Virus record (IMG/VR): IMGVR_UViG_3300037466_003065
Coordinates: 120,788 to 184,787 of that record
Reading direction: 5' to 3' (one strand)
Length of the DNA: 64,000 nucleotides
DNA from: a virus
Part shown: positions 53,423 to 63,112 of the stretch, one piece after another
Numbering within the stretch: position 1 is the first letter of the stretch
How the letters are laid out: each line of letters starts with the position of its first letter
Notes under the pieces: model-generated
The model's input: only the letters and a program-made list of their open reading frames with translations
The model's database searches: none
Told to the model about the DNA's origin: nothing
Position numbers and translations under genes: made by a program

Positions 53423-54394
53423 ATGAGGCCAGGCGAGAGCACAATTACGCTCGGGGGGCGGGAGTACCTGCGTACCACGTCCCGGGTCGCCCTCCAGTCC
53501 GTCGACTGGAGCGAGACGCCGAACGCCGTCAGGGCCGCCGCCACAGCGGCGGCCGAGTCGATGTTCTGGCAGGACAACGAGAATCCCGACCTGGTCTGGG
53601 TCAAGTTCATCCTCGACGCGGAGGGGGCGAACGACAACTGGGACTACATGCCCCGGCCGTCGCTCGTCAAGTCATTCGCGTCGGCCAAGTTCAAGCCGAT
53701 GGACATGGATCACATCGTGGAGGAGACGGGCGACCTCACCACGATGGACAAGAAGAACCCGTGTGCGAAGAACACGATCTTCGGGGTGATGACCCACTCG
53801 GCCATCGCCGACGCCCAAGGCAACCTCCTCACCGACAAGCAGATCAAGGCCCTCGCCAACACCGACGACATGGGTCGGGAAGGCAAAGACCGCATTACCG
53901 TGGTCGGGTGGGCGGCCCTCTACAACTTCCTCTTCCCCAAGACGGTCGCGTCCCTCGTTCAGGACATCTCGAACGGGCAGATGCACGTCTCCATGGAGCG
54001 GTGGATCAGCGACTACGACTTCATGGTAAAGGAAGGGGACTCCTATAAAGCCTTCGCGAAAGCCACCGCGGAGAAGGCGGAACTCGACAAGAAGTGGGCG
54101 AAGCGGGAGTCCGTCAACGGAGCCCCCGTCTACCGCCGGTCGAACGCCTTCATCTACGGTGGGGTGGCCAGCACGTCGAACCCAGCCCAGACGATGGCCA
54201 CCTACCTCCCCGTTTCAACCGCTAAGGCGACGGCCAGCCGGGCCCAGGAGGATCCCGTCCTCCAGATCCTGCTCCGTCGCCATAGCGATGTCCACACCGC
54301 GTTTGCCACGTCCACGTGCGACGCCGAGCGGTCAGCCCTGATCCTGGAGCACCGCCGACTGCACGAAACCATCGCGTCTTTGACGCAGGATTAA
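53423..54394 (+). CDS. putative prohead maturation protease
   Basis: Between portal and scaffold; NDNWDY...KPMDMDH...VSME...GVA...PA pattern. Confidence 0.65.
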   Translation: MRPGESTITLGGREYLRTTSRVALQSVDWSETPNAVRAAATAAAESMFWQDNENPDLVWVKFILDAEGANDNWDYMPRPSLVKSFASAKFKPMDMDHIVEETGDLTTMDKKNPCAKNTIFGVMTHSAIADAQGNLLTDKQIKALANTDDMGREGKDRITVVGWAALYNFLFPKTVASLVQDISNGQMHVSMERWISDYDFMVKEGDSYKAFAKATAEKAELDKKWAKRESVNGAPVYRRSNAFIYGGVASTSNPAQTMATYLPVSTAKATASRAQEDPVLQILLRRHSDVHTAFATSTCDAERSALILEHRRLHETIASLTQD

Positions 54395-54399
54395 AGTCC

Positions 54400-55323
54400 A
54401 TGCCCAACCCACACGACATATTGGACATGACTGTCGAGCCGCGCGTCCGCGACGCCGTCTCGATCAAGTTCGACCAGGCCGTGGCCATGTCGGCCCCGGC
54501 ACCTGAAGCAACCGCCGGGGTGACTGGGGCCTCGGACGACACCGTTCACTCTTCAACACCCACGGAGGTTACTGACATGGATCCCAAGAACACGCCCGTG
54601 ATCGACGAAGCGGCCATCAAGGCCGCCGCGACGAAGGCCGTTTCCGACCTGTTCGCCCAGCGCGACAGCCAGGCCGCGGTCGCGTCGCACATCGTCCAGA
54701 TCAACAGCGAGTGTGCCACCGCCAAGGCCACGCTCGTCGCCAAGGAGTCCGAGCTCGCCAAGGCGAACGAGAAGCTCGCCGCGACCGAAGCCGAGTTGGC
54801 CGAGGCCAAGAAGAAGCTGTCCAAGCAGGACGAGGACGAGACCGCCGAGGACGACCGCGCCAAGGCCGAGGCCACGAAGCTCCGCGAGGAGAACGACAAG
54901 CTGAAGGCCGAACTCGCCGTCGCCACCAAGACGATCCTCGAGGGCGCCGTCGCCGCGAAGAAGAAGGATCGCGAGGAGAAGGTCGACAAGGCCAAGGTCA
55001 AGGGCAAGTTCAAGGAGCGGGCCACCGCCACGAACGAGGACGGCACCCTCAAGATGTCCGACGAGGACTTCGACGCCCAGCTCTCCGACCTGACCGCCAA
55101 CGCGGCCACCGTCGAGAACGGCACGCCGGCCCCGGCGACCGCCACCACCGCGACCACCACCCCGACCGAGGAGACCAAGCCCGCCGCGACCGCGCCGGCC
55201 CAGCCCGACCTGACGGGCGCCGACGCCGCCGCCAAGGCCACCGCCGCCCTCCTGGTCAGCGGCCAGCCCGCCGGCCAGAGCAGCGGCCGCACGAATTACG
55301 CGAACATGTTCGGCTGCGACTAA
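54400..55323 (+). CDS. capsid scaffolding protein
   Basis: Long Ala/Lys/Glu coiled coil with low-complexity C-terminus, upstream of decoration and MCP genes. Confidence 0.7.
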   Translation: MPNPHDILDMTVEPRVRDAVSIKFDQAVAMSAPAPEATAGVTGASDDTVHSSTPTEVTDMDPKNTPVIDEAAIKAAATKAVSDLFAQRDSQAAVASHIVQINSECATAKATLVAKESELAKANEKLAATEAELAEAKKKLSKQDEDETAEDDRAKAEATKLREENDKLKAELAVATKTILEGAVAAKKKDREEKVDKAKVKGKFKERATATNEDGTLKMSDEDFDAQLSDLTANAATVENGTPAPATATTATTTPTEETKPAATAPAQPDLTGADAAAKATAALLVSGQPAGQSSGRTNYANMFGCD

Positions 55324-55400
55324 AGCTGCGCGGCACAAGCGTCGATTTTCACCTTTGTCGCGATAGCGACTGATCAACAAGCACTCGAGGAGTTCCAACC

Positions 55401-55955
55401 ATGGAAACGTTCGTCCCGAACCGGCTGAACATCCCCCAGCGTAAGCAGAAGGGCCTCATCCGGATGTACAACACGGGCATCCCCGCCCTGTTCTACTTCA
55501 CCCTGTCGGCTGTCCGCGAAGGCCAGCCCATGAAGTTCAGTGCCACCACCGCCGACCAGATCGACCCCTGCGCGATCGGCCAGGGCGATGGCGCCAAGTG
55601 CGTCGGTCTCGCCCTCCAGGAGACCTACGACGACAGCGCGTACGGCCAGCTCATGAACTACCACTTCGCGAACGACACCCGCCAGCGGCTCGATGGCCAG
55701 CCCATCGGCCTGATGACGGGCGCCGGCTACGCGCTCACGACCAACTACCCGGCGGCCAACATGCCCGTCTACGGCGACAAGCTCGCCGTGGGCCCCTCGG
55801 GCTACCTGGTCAAGCAGGGCGCCCTCGGCACCGTGGCGGGCGACAACCTGCCCATCGTCTGCGAGGGCAACAGCGGCGACTTCGACTACTACGGCGACGG
55901 CCAACAGCTCGTCATCCGGATTCGCTACAACTTCCACACGGCCTTCGCGGCCTAA
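55401..55955 (+). CDS. head decoration/cement protein
   Basis: Small Gly-rich beta protein between scaffold and MCP; YGDKLAVGPSGYL. Confidence 0.65.
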   Translation: METFVPNRLNIPQRKQKGLIRMYNTGIPALFYFTLSAVREGQPMKFSATTADQIDPCAIGQGDGAKCVGLALQETYDDSAYGQLMNYHFANDTRQRLDGQPIGLMTGAGYALTTNYPAANMPVYGDKLAVGPSGYLVKQGALGTVAGDNLPIVCEGNSGDFDYYGDGQQLVIRIRYNFHTAFAA

Positions 55956-56026
55956 TCGGGAGTCTAGCGGGCGAACGCGGGACGCCATCCCGCAACTGAC
56001 ACCCGATCCCTTCAAGGAGTTCATCA

Positions 56027-56977
56027 ATGGATCCCAAGACCACGAATCCGGTGGGCGAGACGGCGACCTTCGAACAGAAGATCGCGGCCTTCCAGGCCAT
56101 CGCCACCAACCCCGTGGCCCGCGAGCAGTACGCCGCGAGCCGCGCGGACGTCATCCTCCCGCTGATCGACGAACAGTCGACCATCCGGGCGATCTTCGAC
56201 CAGGAACTGCTCGTCCCCGGCGCGGACAGCCGCCACGACATCATGTTCGACGACGTCAACATGGTGTTCGTCCTGCCCGCCGCTGGTGCGACGCCGGTCG
56301 TCCAGTTCGAAGGCGCCGAGGTGCACATCGACACGTTCGCCCTCACCGGCGGCGTCGAGTGGGCCTGGAAGATCGCCCGCGAGGGCCGCTTCCCGGTCGG
56401 CCAGTACGCCACCAAGCTGCTCAAGCAGAAGTTCATCCTGCAGGAGGAGCTGGCGGGCTGGGGCGTCGTGAAGTTCCACGCGGCCTCGCTGCCCACGAAG
56501 CAGGTCATCAACGCGTACGACTCCGATGGCAGCAACGTGTCTGCCAACAACAAGGAGTTCAACATCTACACCCTGAACGAGGTGCTGACCCGCGCGGACA
56601 CCCTCGGCAAGGGCGGCCGGAAGGTGACCGACATCTACATGTCGCCCCGCCGGTTCGGCGACCTCCGCAACCAGGTGACCAACCACGCCCTCCCGCCCAG
56701 CATGCGTGAGGCGATCTGGGCGAACGGCCAGGGCACCAACAGCCAGGCCGAGATCCGGTTCCACAAGGTGTACAACCCCCGGATCATCGCCGACAACCGC
56801 GCCTACGCCTTCACCCAGAAGGACGGCTACCGGTACGGCAAGATGCCGATCCGCGAGAAGCTGTTCACTCGCGAGAACCCCACCTCGGCCGCCGAGTGGA
56901 AGTTCGGCGTCATCGGCCGCGAAGAGCTCGGCTTCGGCGTGCTCGACGCGCTCGGCCTCATGGAAATCCGGTTCTAA
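56027..56977 (+). CDS. major capsid protein (HK97 fold)
   Basis: Position; strong codon bias; typical C-terminal FGVIGREELGFGVLD; followed by terminator. Confidence 0.85.
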   Translation: MDPKTTNPVGETATFEQKIAAFQAIATNPVAREQYAASRADVILPLIDEQSTIRAIFDQELLVPGADSRHDIMFDDVNMVFVLPAAGATPVVQFEGAEVHIDTFALTGGVEWAWKIAREGRFPVGQYATKLLKQKFILQEELAGWGVVKFHAASLPTKQVINAYDSDGSNVSANNKEFNIYTLNEVLTRADTLGKGGRKVTDIYMSPRRFGDLRNQVTNHALPPSMREAIWANGQGTNSQAEIRFHKVYNPRIIADNRAYAFTQKDGYRYGKMPIREKLFTRENPTSAAEWKFGVIGREELGFGVLDALGLMEIRF

Positions 56978-57007
56978 ACGACCGGGTCATCCTGACGAAA
57001 GCACAGA

Positions 57008-57043
57008 GGGACGGGTCTTTCGGACTCGTCCCTTCTTTCGTTT
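57008..57043 (+). terminator. intrinsic terminator after MCP
   Basis: GGGACGGGTC/GACTCGTCCC stem, then TTCTTTCGTTT. Confidence 0.75.
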
Positions 57044-57089
57044 CTAGCCGATAAGGGTGAGGGGTTGGTTTTTACTCAAGGAATTTGGC

Positions 57090-58211
57090 ATGCCGGTGAA
57101 GAAGAAGAGGACGACGACGACGACGACGACGACGACGAAGAAGACCGCCAAGAAGAAGGTCACCAAGAAGGTGGTCAAGAAGGTGGTGAAGGGGGCCGCG
57201 AAGAAGGCGACCAAGAAGGTCGCCCGTCGTCCGCGGCGTACCGAGCCCGCACCGCGGGCGGTCGTGGCCGGCCTGGTGGTCGCGGGCGACGCCCAGATTG
57301 CCATCCCGCCCGACCAGCAGGCGATCCTCGACAAGGTCAAGGCGATCGGCGGCCTGTCCCTGCCGACCACGGTCGTCGATGGCAATGTAATGGCCACCGG
57401 GGCCAAGCCCAGCCCAACATCACCACTGCAGGGCCACCGCCTCGCCACTGCCATCGACAACGCGGGCGAGAGCATCGAGGGCAACCTCCTCGTCAAGGGT
57501 CGGGCCCTCGACCACGACCGGTCACAGGATCTCAGCGTCCCCGGCCTCGGCGAGGGGGGCAAGGAGGTCAGCGGCGTGCAGGGCGAGACCGTCGTCGAGC
57601 AGGAGATGCGGCACAACTCGGTCGCCGCCGCCGCGAACACGATCAACGAACGGTGGGAGAAGCGGATCGAGCAGGACGGCACCAAGGCGTTCGTCTGCCC
57701 CCGGTGCAAGCCGGTCGACCAGGAGCCGTTCGTGTTCGAGCGGGGCAACCAGGCGTCCATCGTGGACGCCTACAATAAGTGCCAACAGCACATCCTGATG
57801 GCCCACGGCGCCCAGGTTCAGCAGATGAAGATCGAGGGCGTCGCGGACAGCAACTACACCCCGCGGCCGATCACGATCTCCCCCGACCGCACGATCGCCG
57901 ACATCGTCGGCCCCCAGATGGCCGAGTTCATGGCCAACATGAAGGCCAACGGGTCGAGCATCGAGGAGATGAAGCAGATGCAGAGCGAGGCCGCCGGGCG
58001 GCAGGACGGCATCCCGGTCTCCCAGCTCAAGCTGATGATGGATCACGACGCCCTCGCCGCGATCCCCAAGCTGTCGGACAGGGTGCTCCGGGAGTTCGCC
58101 AACTGGTCGTTCTTCTCCGGCCGCAAGCAGGTGTGCCGGTGGGCGTCGCAGGAGATCGAAAGGCGAAACACGGGCCGCGTGGAGTCGGCCAAGATTCTGG
58201 TCGATTTCTAG
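57090..58211 (+). CDS. protein with histone-H1-like Lys-rich N-terminus and Zn finger
   Basis: MPVKKKR-T9-KKTAKKKVTKKVVKKVVKGAAKKATKKVARRPRR; CPRC...HILMAH. Confidence 0.8.
   Translation: MPVKKKRTTTTTTTTTKKTAKKKVTKKVVKKVVKGAAKKATKKVARRPRRTEPAPRAVVAGLVVAGDAQIAIPPDQQAILDKVKAIGGLSLPTTVVDGNVMATGAKPSPTSPLQGHRLATAIDNAGESIEGNLLVKGRALDHDRSQDLSVPGLGEGGKEVSGVQGETVVEQEMRHNSVAAAANTINERWEKRIEQDGTKAFVCPRCKPVDQEPFVFERGNQASIVDAYNKCQQHILMAHGAQVQQMKIEGVADSNYTPRPITISPDRTIADIVGPQMAEFMANMKANGSSIEEMKQMQSEAAGRQDGIPVSQLKLMMDHDALAAIPKLSDRVLREFANWSFFSGRKQVCRWASQEIERRNTGRVESAKILVDF
57111..57137 (+). repeat. (ACG)9 coding microsatellite (poly-Thr)
   Basis: Nine perfect ACG units. Confidence 0.9.
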
Positions 58212-58214
58212 GGT

Positions 58215-58952
58215 ATGCCCTACGACCTGAGTCAGTTGGTGGGATGGGCCCGTCGAACGGGCGGCGACGTGATCACGTCCACGAGTGAGTCCATCACTTC
58301 GGACGGGACACGTCGCATTCGCTTACAGAGCGACGGCTTCGTGCTGGTCACGGCCGTCGACGCCGATGCCGACCCGCTGCCGCCCGACGCGTGGGACGCC
58401 GCGGGGAACCAGGTGACGCTGACGACCGCCCCGATCGAGGGGACGACGTTCGACGTCACCTACAACAGTGCCACGTTCAGCGACCCCGAGATCCTCGACT
58501 ACCTCATCGACGCCGCCATGACCCTCAAGGGCGATGTCAAGCAGAGCTGGGGCATCAACGCCGCCAACCACACGATCGTCGACGACTCCACCAACCCGAG
58601 CTTCTTCCCGCCCGACCACCCGGACGACCCGGCGTTCGCCGACCCGAGCCTGCTCAAGCTGATCGTGTTCCGGGCGGCGGTGGGCATTTACACCCAGAAG
58701 AACGCCAAGGCGGCCGACGACGCCATCATGATCAAGGACGGCGACACGACTATCAACACGTCGCTCGCCGCGCGGGCCACCGACTCCGTCCTGAAGCGGA
58801 TGGTCGAAACGTACGAGCAGGATCTGAGGCGGTACCGCACCGAGAAGTTCTGCGGGGCCGCACAGGGCGACGCGTACGAGCCGTTCCGTGTCCTCCAGCG
58901 GCACCGTGAGGACGGCACGCTCACCGACTTCGGCGAGAACGGCTGGTACTAA
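58215..58952 (+). CDS. head-tail adaptor with N-terminal Ig-like domain
   Basis: TLTTAPIEGTTFDVTY, then FSDPEILDYL; DGDTTIN adaptor-like motif. Confidence 0.65.
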   Translation: MPYDLSQLVGWARRTGGDVITSTSESITSDGTRRIRLQSDGFVLVTAVDADADPLPPDAWDAAGNQVTLTTAPIEGTTFDVTYNSATFSDPEILDYLIDAAMTLKGDVKQSWGINAANHTIVDDSTNPSFFPPDHPDDPAFADPSLLKLIVFRAAVGIYTQKNAKAADDAIMIKDGDTTINTSLAARATDSVLKRMVETYEQDLRRYRTEKFCGAAQGDAYEPFRVLQRHREDGTLTDFGENGWY

Positions 58953-58968
58953 CCGAAAGGGGTGACGT

Positions 58969-59469
58969 GTGGCTAAGCGATTCATCACGCCGCGGTTGAA
59001 CCGGCTCTTCGTGGACGCCGTCCAGGGCCTGATCACCGACCTCAATAAGCGGCACAAGTTCCAAGTCGTGAACCTGATCAAGGGCACGTGCCCGAACTGC
59101 GTTTACGACCCGGTCAAGAAGGCCAGCACGGGCACTTTCAAGACGGGCGGCCCCCAGCCGTTCACGACCAAGGTCTGCCCCGTGTGCAAGAACGTGGGGA
59201 CGCTCGACACGGTCAAGGCTCAGACGGTCGTCGCCAACGTGCAGGTCGGCACGGCGCCCGGCACGACGGACACCTATACCCCTCAGCCGGCGGGCAACCT
59301 CAAGCCCGGCTTCGCGAGGGTCAAGACCTACGCCAAGGACAAGGATCTGGTCGACAAGGCCAGCTACTTCCTGATCGACGGCGTCCGCTACTCACGCCAC
59401 ACGAACCCCGAGACCCGCGGCCTCCAGACGCTGGCCACCTGCTTCTTCTACCTGAAGAAGGACGAGTAA
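58969..59469 (+). CDS. head closure/neck protein with zinc finger
   Basis: CPNC...CPVC.N.G; position in neck module. Confidence 0.65.
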   Translation: MAKRFITPRLNRLFVDAVQGLITDLNKRHKFQVVNLIKGTCPNCVYDPVKKASTGTFKTGGPQPFTTKVCPVCKNVGTLDTVKAQTVVANVQVGTAPGTTDTYTPQPAGNLKPGFARVKTYAKDKDLVDKASYFLIDGVRYSRHTNPETRGLQTLATCFFYLKKDE

Positions 59470-60242
59470 TGGACGACATCCAGGTCTATCTCGACCCTAC
59501 TGGGCGGGGCCTGGGGCACCAGATCAACCCGCGGCGACTGGACGACATCCCGACGTTCATCCATCAGGAGCTGGTTAAGGCCAGCACGAACATCGGCAAG
59601 CGACTCCTCCGGCAGCTCCGCATGGCGTACGCCGTGGCGATCCGGGAGCGGCCACGCAAGGAGGGCGAGACCCTTCGCCAGCGACTCAACAGGGCCCTGG
59701 TCATGGACGTCATGCAGACCCCGCAGGAGGTTGCGGTCGGCATCTTCAACCTGTTCACGATCGACGAACTCACCCGGCACGAGGGCAAGGGCACCGAGGA
59801 CGAGGGCTGGTTCTTCCTCTACGAGGACGGGCACGACGGCCTCGCCCACGGCTCTCGCCGGTTCGTGTTCGTCGACCTCGACCACGCCGTCACGCTGGCC
59901 GAGGACTGTGCCCGGTGGGCCAAGCTCGACGCCGAGAAGGCGGCCGAGTTCGTCTCCTACGTCAAGAAGGTGTTCGCCGGTCGCCACGGGGAGGGGATCA
60001 TGACGAAGATCGACGCCCCCCTCTTCTACGAGTTCCCCGACTATGGGACGCCGCGAGACCACGGGTACGAGCGCACCCACGACGGCCTGGAGGCGTGGAA
60101 CATTCTCTACACGCACGGCTCCTTGGACGATGCAAGGAAGGCGACCCGTTACTCCGTCGAGGGGCGGCCGGTCGGCGAACACTGGGCGTTGCAGGAACTG
60201 GAAAAGGCGTTTGACCGGGCCGCCGCCCGCGTGAGGAGATAA
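59469..60242 (+). CDS. putative neck/tail completion protein
   Basis: Position between closure and terminator genes. Confidence 0.55.
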   Translation: MDDIQVYLDPTGRGLGHQINPRRLDDIPTFIHQELVKASTNIGKRLLRQLRMAYAVAIRERPRKEGETLRQRLNRALVMDVMQTPQEVAVGIFNLFTIDELTRHEGKGTEDEGWFFLYEDGHDGLAHGSRRFVFVDLDHAVTLAEDCARWAKLDAEKAAEFVSYVKKVFAGRHGEGIMTKIDAPLFYEFPDYGTPRDHGYERTHDGLEAWNILYTHGSLDDARKATRYSVEGRPVGEHWALQELEKAFDRAAARVRR

Positions 60243-60991
60243 TGGCCGACGACCTGTACAGCGTGGAGTTGAGCTTCCACTACCGGATCTGGAACATCCT
60301 CCGGCAGGAGGGGTTCTACATCCCCCACACGAACGAGCCGCTGGTGGAAGTGAAGGCTGGGGCCCCGCCGCACTCCTACGGCCTCGCAGAGCAGAACAAC
60401 AAGCCTTGGTTCTTTCAGGGTGCGGACGGCATGCCTGACTGGACGTCCGTCCGGGTCACGGTCAACGGCGCCCTTCAGTCCCGCACGAGCTATACCGTCG
60501 ACTTCCGGAACGGGTGGATCACCTTCCCGTCGACGCCCAACGGCACCGTCAGGGCCAACTTCCTCGAGTCCCTCTGCCACATCCTCGACGAGTACCCCGA
60601 CGACGAGTGGTTGGAGATGAACAACCTCCCCTGCGTGTCGGCCGCCCTGCTCAAGTCCACGTCCCGGTCGGCCGCGATCACGTCGACGCTTTCGAAGTTT
60701 CGGCGGGAAGAGGGCGAGATCGACGTCCTCGCCCGCAACAAGGGGGAACGCACCCAGCTCCGGTCGTCGCTTTACCAGATGATCGCCAAGTGCGACCTGA
60801 TCGACATGTCGGCCAACCAGCCATTAACGCCCGAAGGCGAAATAAACGATCAATACGATTACAGCACGCAGTTCATCGTGCCGATGCGTGTGCTGGATCC
60901 GTCGAGCACGGTTATCCAGCCCCGCAAGGGCGGCTCCGATAAGGAAAAGTATCGGGCCTTGATCTTGGTCGAGTTCGAGTACGTCCTGTAG
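60242..60991 (+). CDS. putative tail terminator with Ig-like insert
   Basis: VTVNG...YTVDFRNGWITF insert; EIDVLARNKGER; upstream of tube gene. Confidence 0.6.
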   Translation: MADDLYSVELSFHYRIWNILRQEGFYIPHTNEPLVEVKAGAPPHSYGLAEQNNKPWFFQGADGMPDWTSVRVTVNGALQSRTSYTVDFRNGWITFPSTPNGTVRANFLESLCHILDEYPDDEWLEMNNLPCVSAALLKSTSRSAAITSTLSKFRREEGEIDVLARNKGERTQLRSSLYQMIAKCDLIDMSANQPLTPEGEINDQYDYSTQFIVPMRVLDPSSTVIQPRKGGSDKEKYRALILVEFEYVL

Positions 60992-61048
60992 TCCGGTTTT
61001 GGCCCCCTCTGTCCCTTTTCAGCAATCGAAACCCTTGGAGGTTACCAC

Positions 61049-62086
61049 ATGCGCGTCTTCACCCATGACCGGATCAAGCAGACGACCGGCATTCTGTCCA
61101 AGACCGGCCTTCTCTGGGGCCTGAACGCCCTGCAGAACATCTCGATCGGCCGCCACACGCCGCTGAATCCGCAGCAGGCGATCGGCTACCTCGGCATCGT
61201 CGACTACACCTCCGGCGTCATCACGTCGGACGTGTCGCTCGACACGATCCTGGTCGAAGGCTGCAACAAGGCCGTCGCCAACAGCTCGGCGTACAAGTAC
61301 GCCGGCGTCAACGTCAACATCGCCTCCGAGAGCTACGTGCTCACCTCGGCCGCCGTCCAGTTCACCGCCGGGTCGCCCGCGACGGCGAACTTCGGCTACC
61401 TGACCAACGGCCTCGCGTCGTACCTGGACATCCAGGACGCCCCGTCCCCCGAGACCGGCGAGGAGTCCCGGTTCGCGGTCGTCATGGGCGACGACGGCTC
61501 GGGCCTCTCGCTCCTGCCGACCTGGAAGGCCGGCGCCACCGCCCCGCTCGCCGGCACGATCCCGATCATCACCGCCGCCGGCGCCCGCGCGAACATCACG
61601 GACAACGGCATCCCGGCCGGCGTCCAGCAGCTCGGGTTCAACAGCTCGATCAACCGCGACCAGATCCTGGACTTCCGCACCTCGCAGCCCTGTTCGTTCG
61701 TCACGACCTACCCGGTCGAGATCACCGCGAACATGGAGCTGTACGAGCTGCCCACCCCCGCGGCCGACTCGGTCACCGGCGGCGACCACCAGGGCGACCC
61801 GGCCTTCGACCCGTCGAACTTCCGCCACTCCCTGTGGGATCTCCGCTCGCTCGCCGTGCAGGTGCCCGCGACCGCGCTCGGCAAGCACGAGGGCGCCGCG
61901 GTCGGCACCTCCCCGGTCGGCCAGGGTGCCGTCCCGACCCTCGGGGTCGCGAACGACGTCTACGCCAAGGCGATCGGCATGCGGAAGACGGACGAGACCG
62001 AAGGCGTCCAGGTCGGCCGCTACCTGACCTTCACGATCAACTTCACGTGTGCCGATCTCCTGCTCCCGCTGGTCGCACTGGCGTAA
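61049..62086 (+). CDS. major tail (tube) protein
   Basis: LQNISI...IGYLG; strongly biased codons; position. Confidence 0.65.
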   Translation: MRVFTHDRIKQTTGILSKTGLLWGLNALQNISIGRHTPLNPQQAIGYLGIVDYTSGVITSDVSLDTILVEGCNKAVANSSAYKYAGVNVNIASESYVLTSAAVQFTAGSPATANFGYLTNGLASYLDIQDAPSPETGEESRFAVVMGDDGSGLSLLPTWKAGATAPLAGTIPIITAAGARANITDNGIPAGVQQLGFNSSINRDQILDFRTSQPCSFVTTYPVEITANMELYELPTPAADSVTGGDHQGDPAFDPSNFRHSLWDLRSLAVQVPATALGKHEGAAVGTSPVGQGAVPTLGVANDVYAKAIGMRKTDETEGVQVGRYLTFTINFTCADLLLPLVALA

Positions 62087-62133
62087 GGCGGGGTGATTGG
62101 CCGATAGCAGATCGGCAGTCACAAGGAATTTGG

Positions 62134-62547
62134 ATGTCCCAAGAGAACATTGAACAGCCGCGGTTGAAGTCCCAGACCGAGATCGCGAAAGCATTAGAGG
62201 AAACAAAGGCGGATCGAGTGGCCCTCAAACGGCTGCTCGATCCGCTTTCTCGTAAGCTCTGGACGGACATGATCTGCCTCCTCGAGGAGATCTTCCCCCA
62301 CGTCCGGGGCAAGCCGGGGTGTCCCGAGGCCGAGGAGGTGCGGGCGAAGAACGAGAAGTTGTTCGACGCCTACAAGCACCGCGTCCTCCGGCTCGGGAAC
62401 CTGGTCGAGCGAGAGCAGCACGCCTGCATCGACACCTTCGCCATGCGGCAGCTCCTCATCCGTGAGGTCGTCTTCCGCCAGGCCAAGCCGCACGGCCCGT
62501 GGGGCCTGCCGCCCGGGGTGAAGATGCCCAGCGAGAAGGAGAGGTAG
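62134..62547 (+). CDS. hypothetical protein
   Basis: AAGGAATTTGG leader. Confidence 0.7.
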   Translation: MSQENIEQPRLKSQTEIAKALEETKADRVALKRLLDPLSRKLWTDMICLLEEIFPHVRGKPGCPEAEEVRAKNEKLFDAYKHRVLRLGNLVEREQHACIDTFAMRQLLIREVVFRQAKPHGPWGLPPGVKMPSEKER

Positions 62548-62550
62548 CCC

Positions 62551-63060
62551 GTGGCACTGACTGCAGCCCAGATCCAGCGGTACTTCAAGATCTTTGGCAA
62601 GATCATCAAGTTGCAACAGACCGCCCAGGTCAACGGCGACGGGTATCGCAGGCTAATGGCGACGTCGACCGACCAGTCGGTCAGCGGCAACGCCAACGAG
62701 TTCGCGACGATCAGCAACGTCCTGAACCCGATGACGACGGCCATGTCGCAGCACATTAAGGCGACCGACAGCGTCTTCAAGAACTGCGTCAAGTATTGCA
62801 ACCTGATGCTCCAGCAGGTGATCGCGGCCGACGCCGGGATGCCGGCGGGGTCGACGGTCGCCGCGGTGGGCGCCCAGCTCATCGCCGACATGACGGCGAA
62901 CAGCCTGGGCGTGGCCGCGTTCGACACGACCACCCCGACGAACACGACCGGCATCGGGTACTTTTTCGCGACCCAGCTCGGGATCATCCTGCCGATCGAC
63001 AGTACGAACACGCCCGCCTCCATTCCCGATACGTACATCGACGCCGACGTGGTTCCGTAA
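62551..63060 (+). CDS. hypothetical (virion?) protein
   Basis: GTG after GAGAGG; codon bias. Confidence 0.7.
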   Translation: MALTAAQIQRYFKIFGKIIKLQQTAQVNGDGYRRLMATSTDQSVSGNANEFATISNVLNPMTTAMSQHIKATDSVFKNCVKYCNLMLQQVIAADAGMPAGSTVAAVGAQLIADMTANSLGVAAFDTTTPTNTTGIGYFFATQLGIILPIDSTNTPASIPDTYIDADVVP

Positions 63061-63112
63061 CCCCGCGTCCCGTCGCTCAAACAAGGTTTTTGGTTACCAG
63101 AGGAATTTGATC

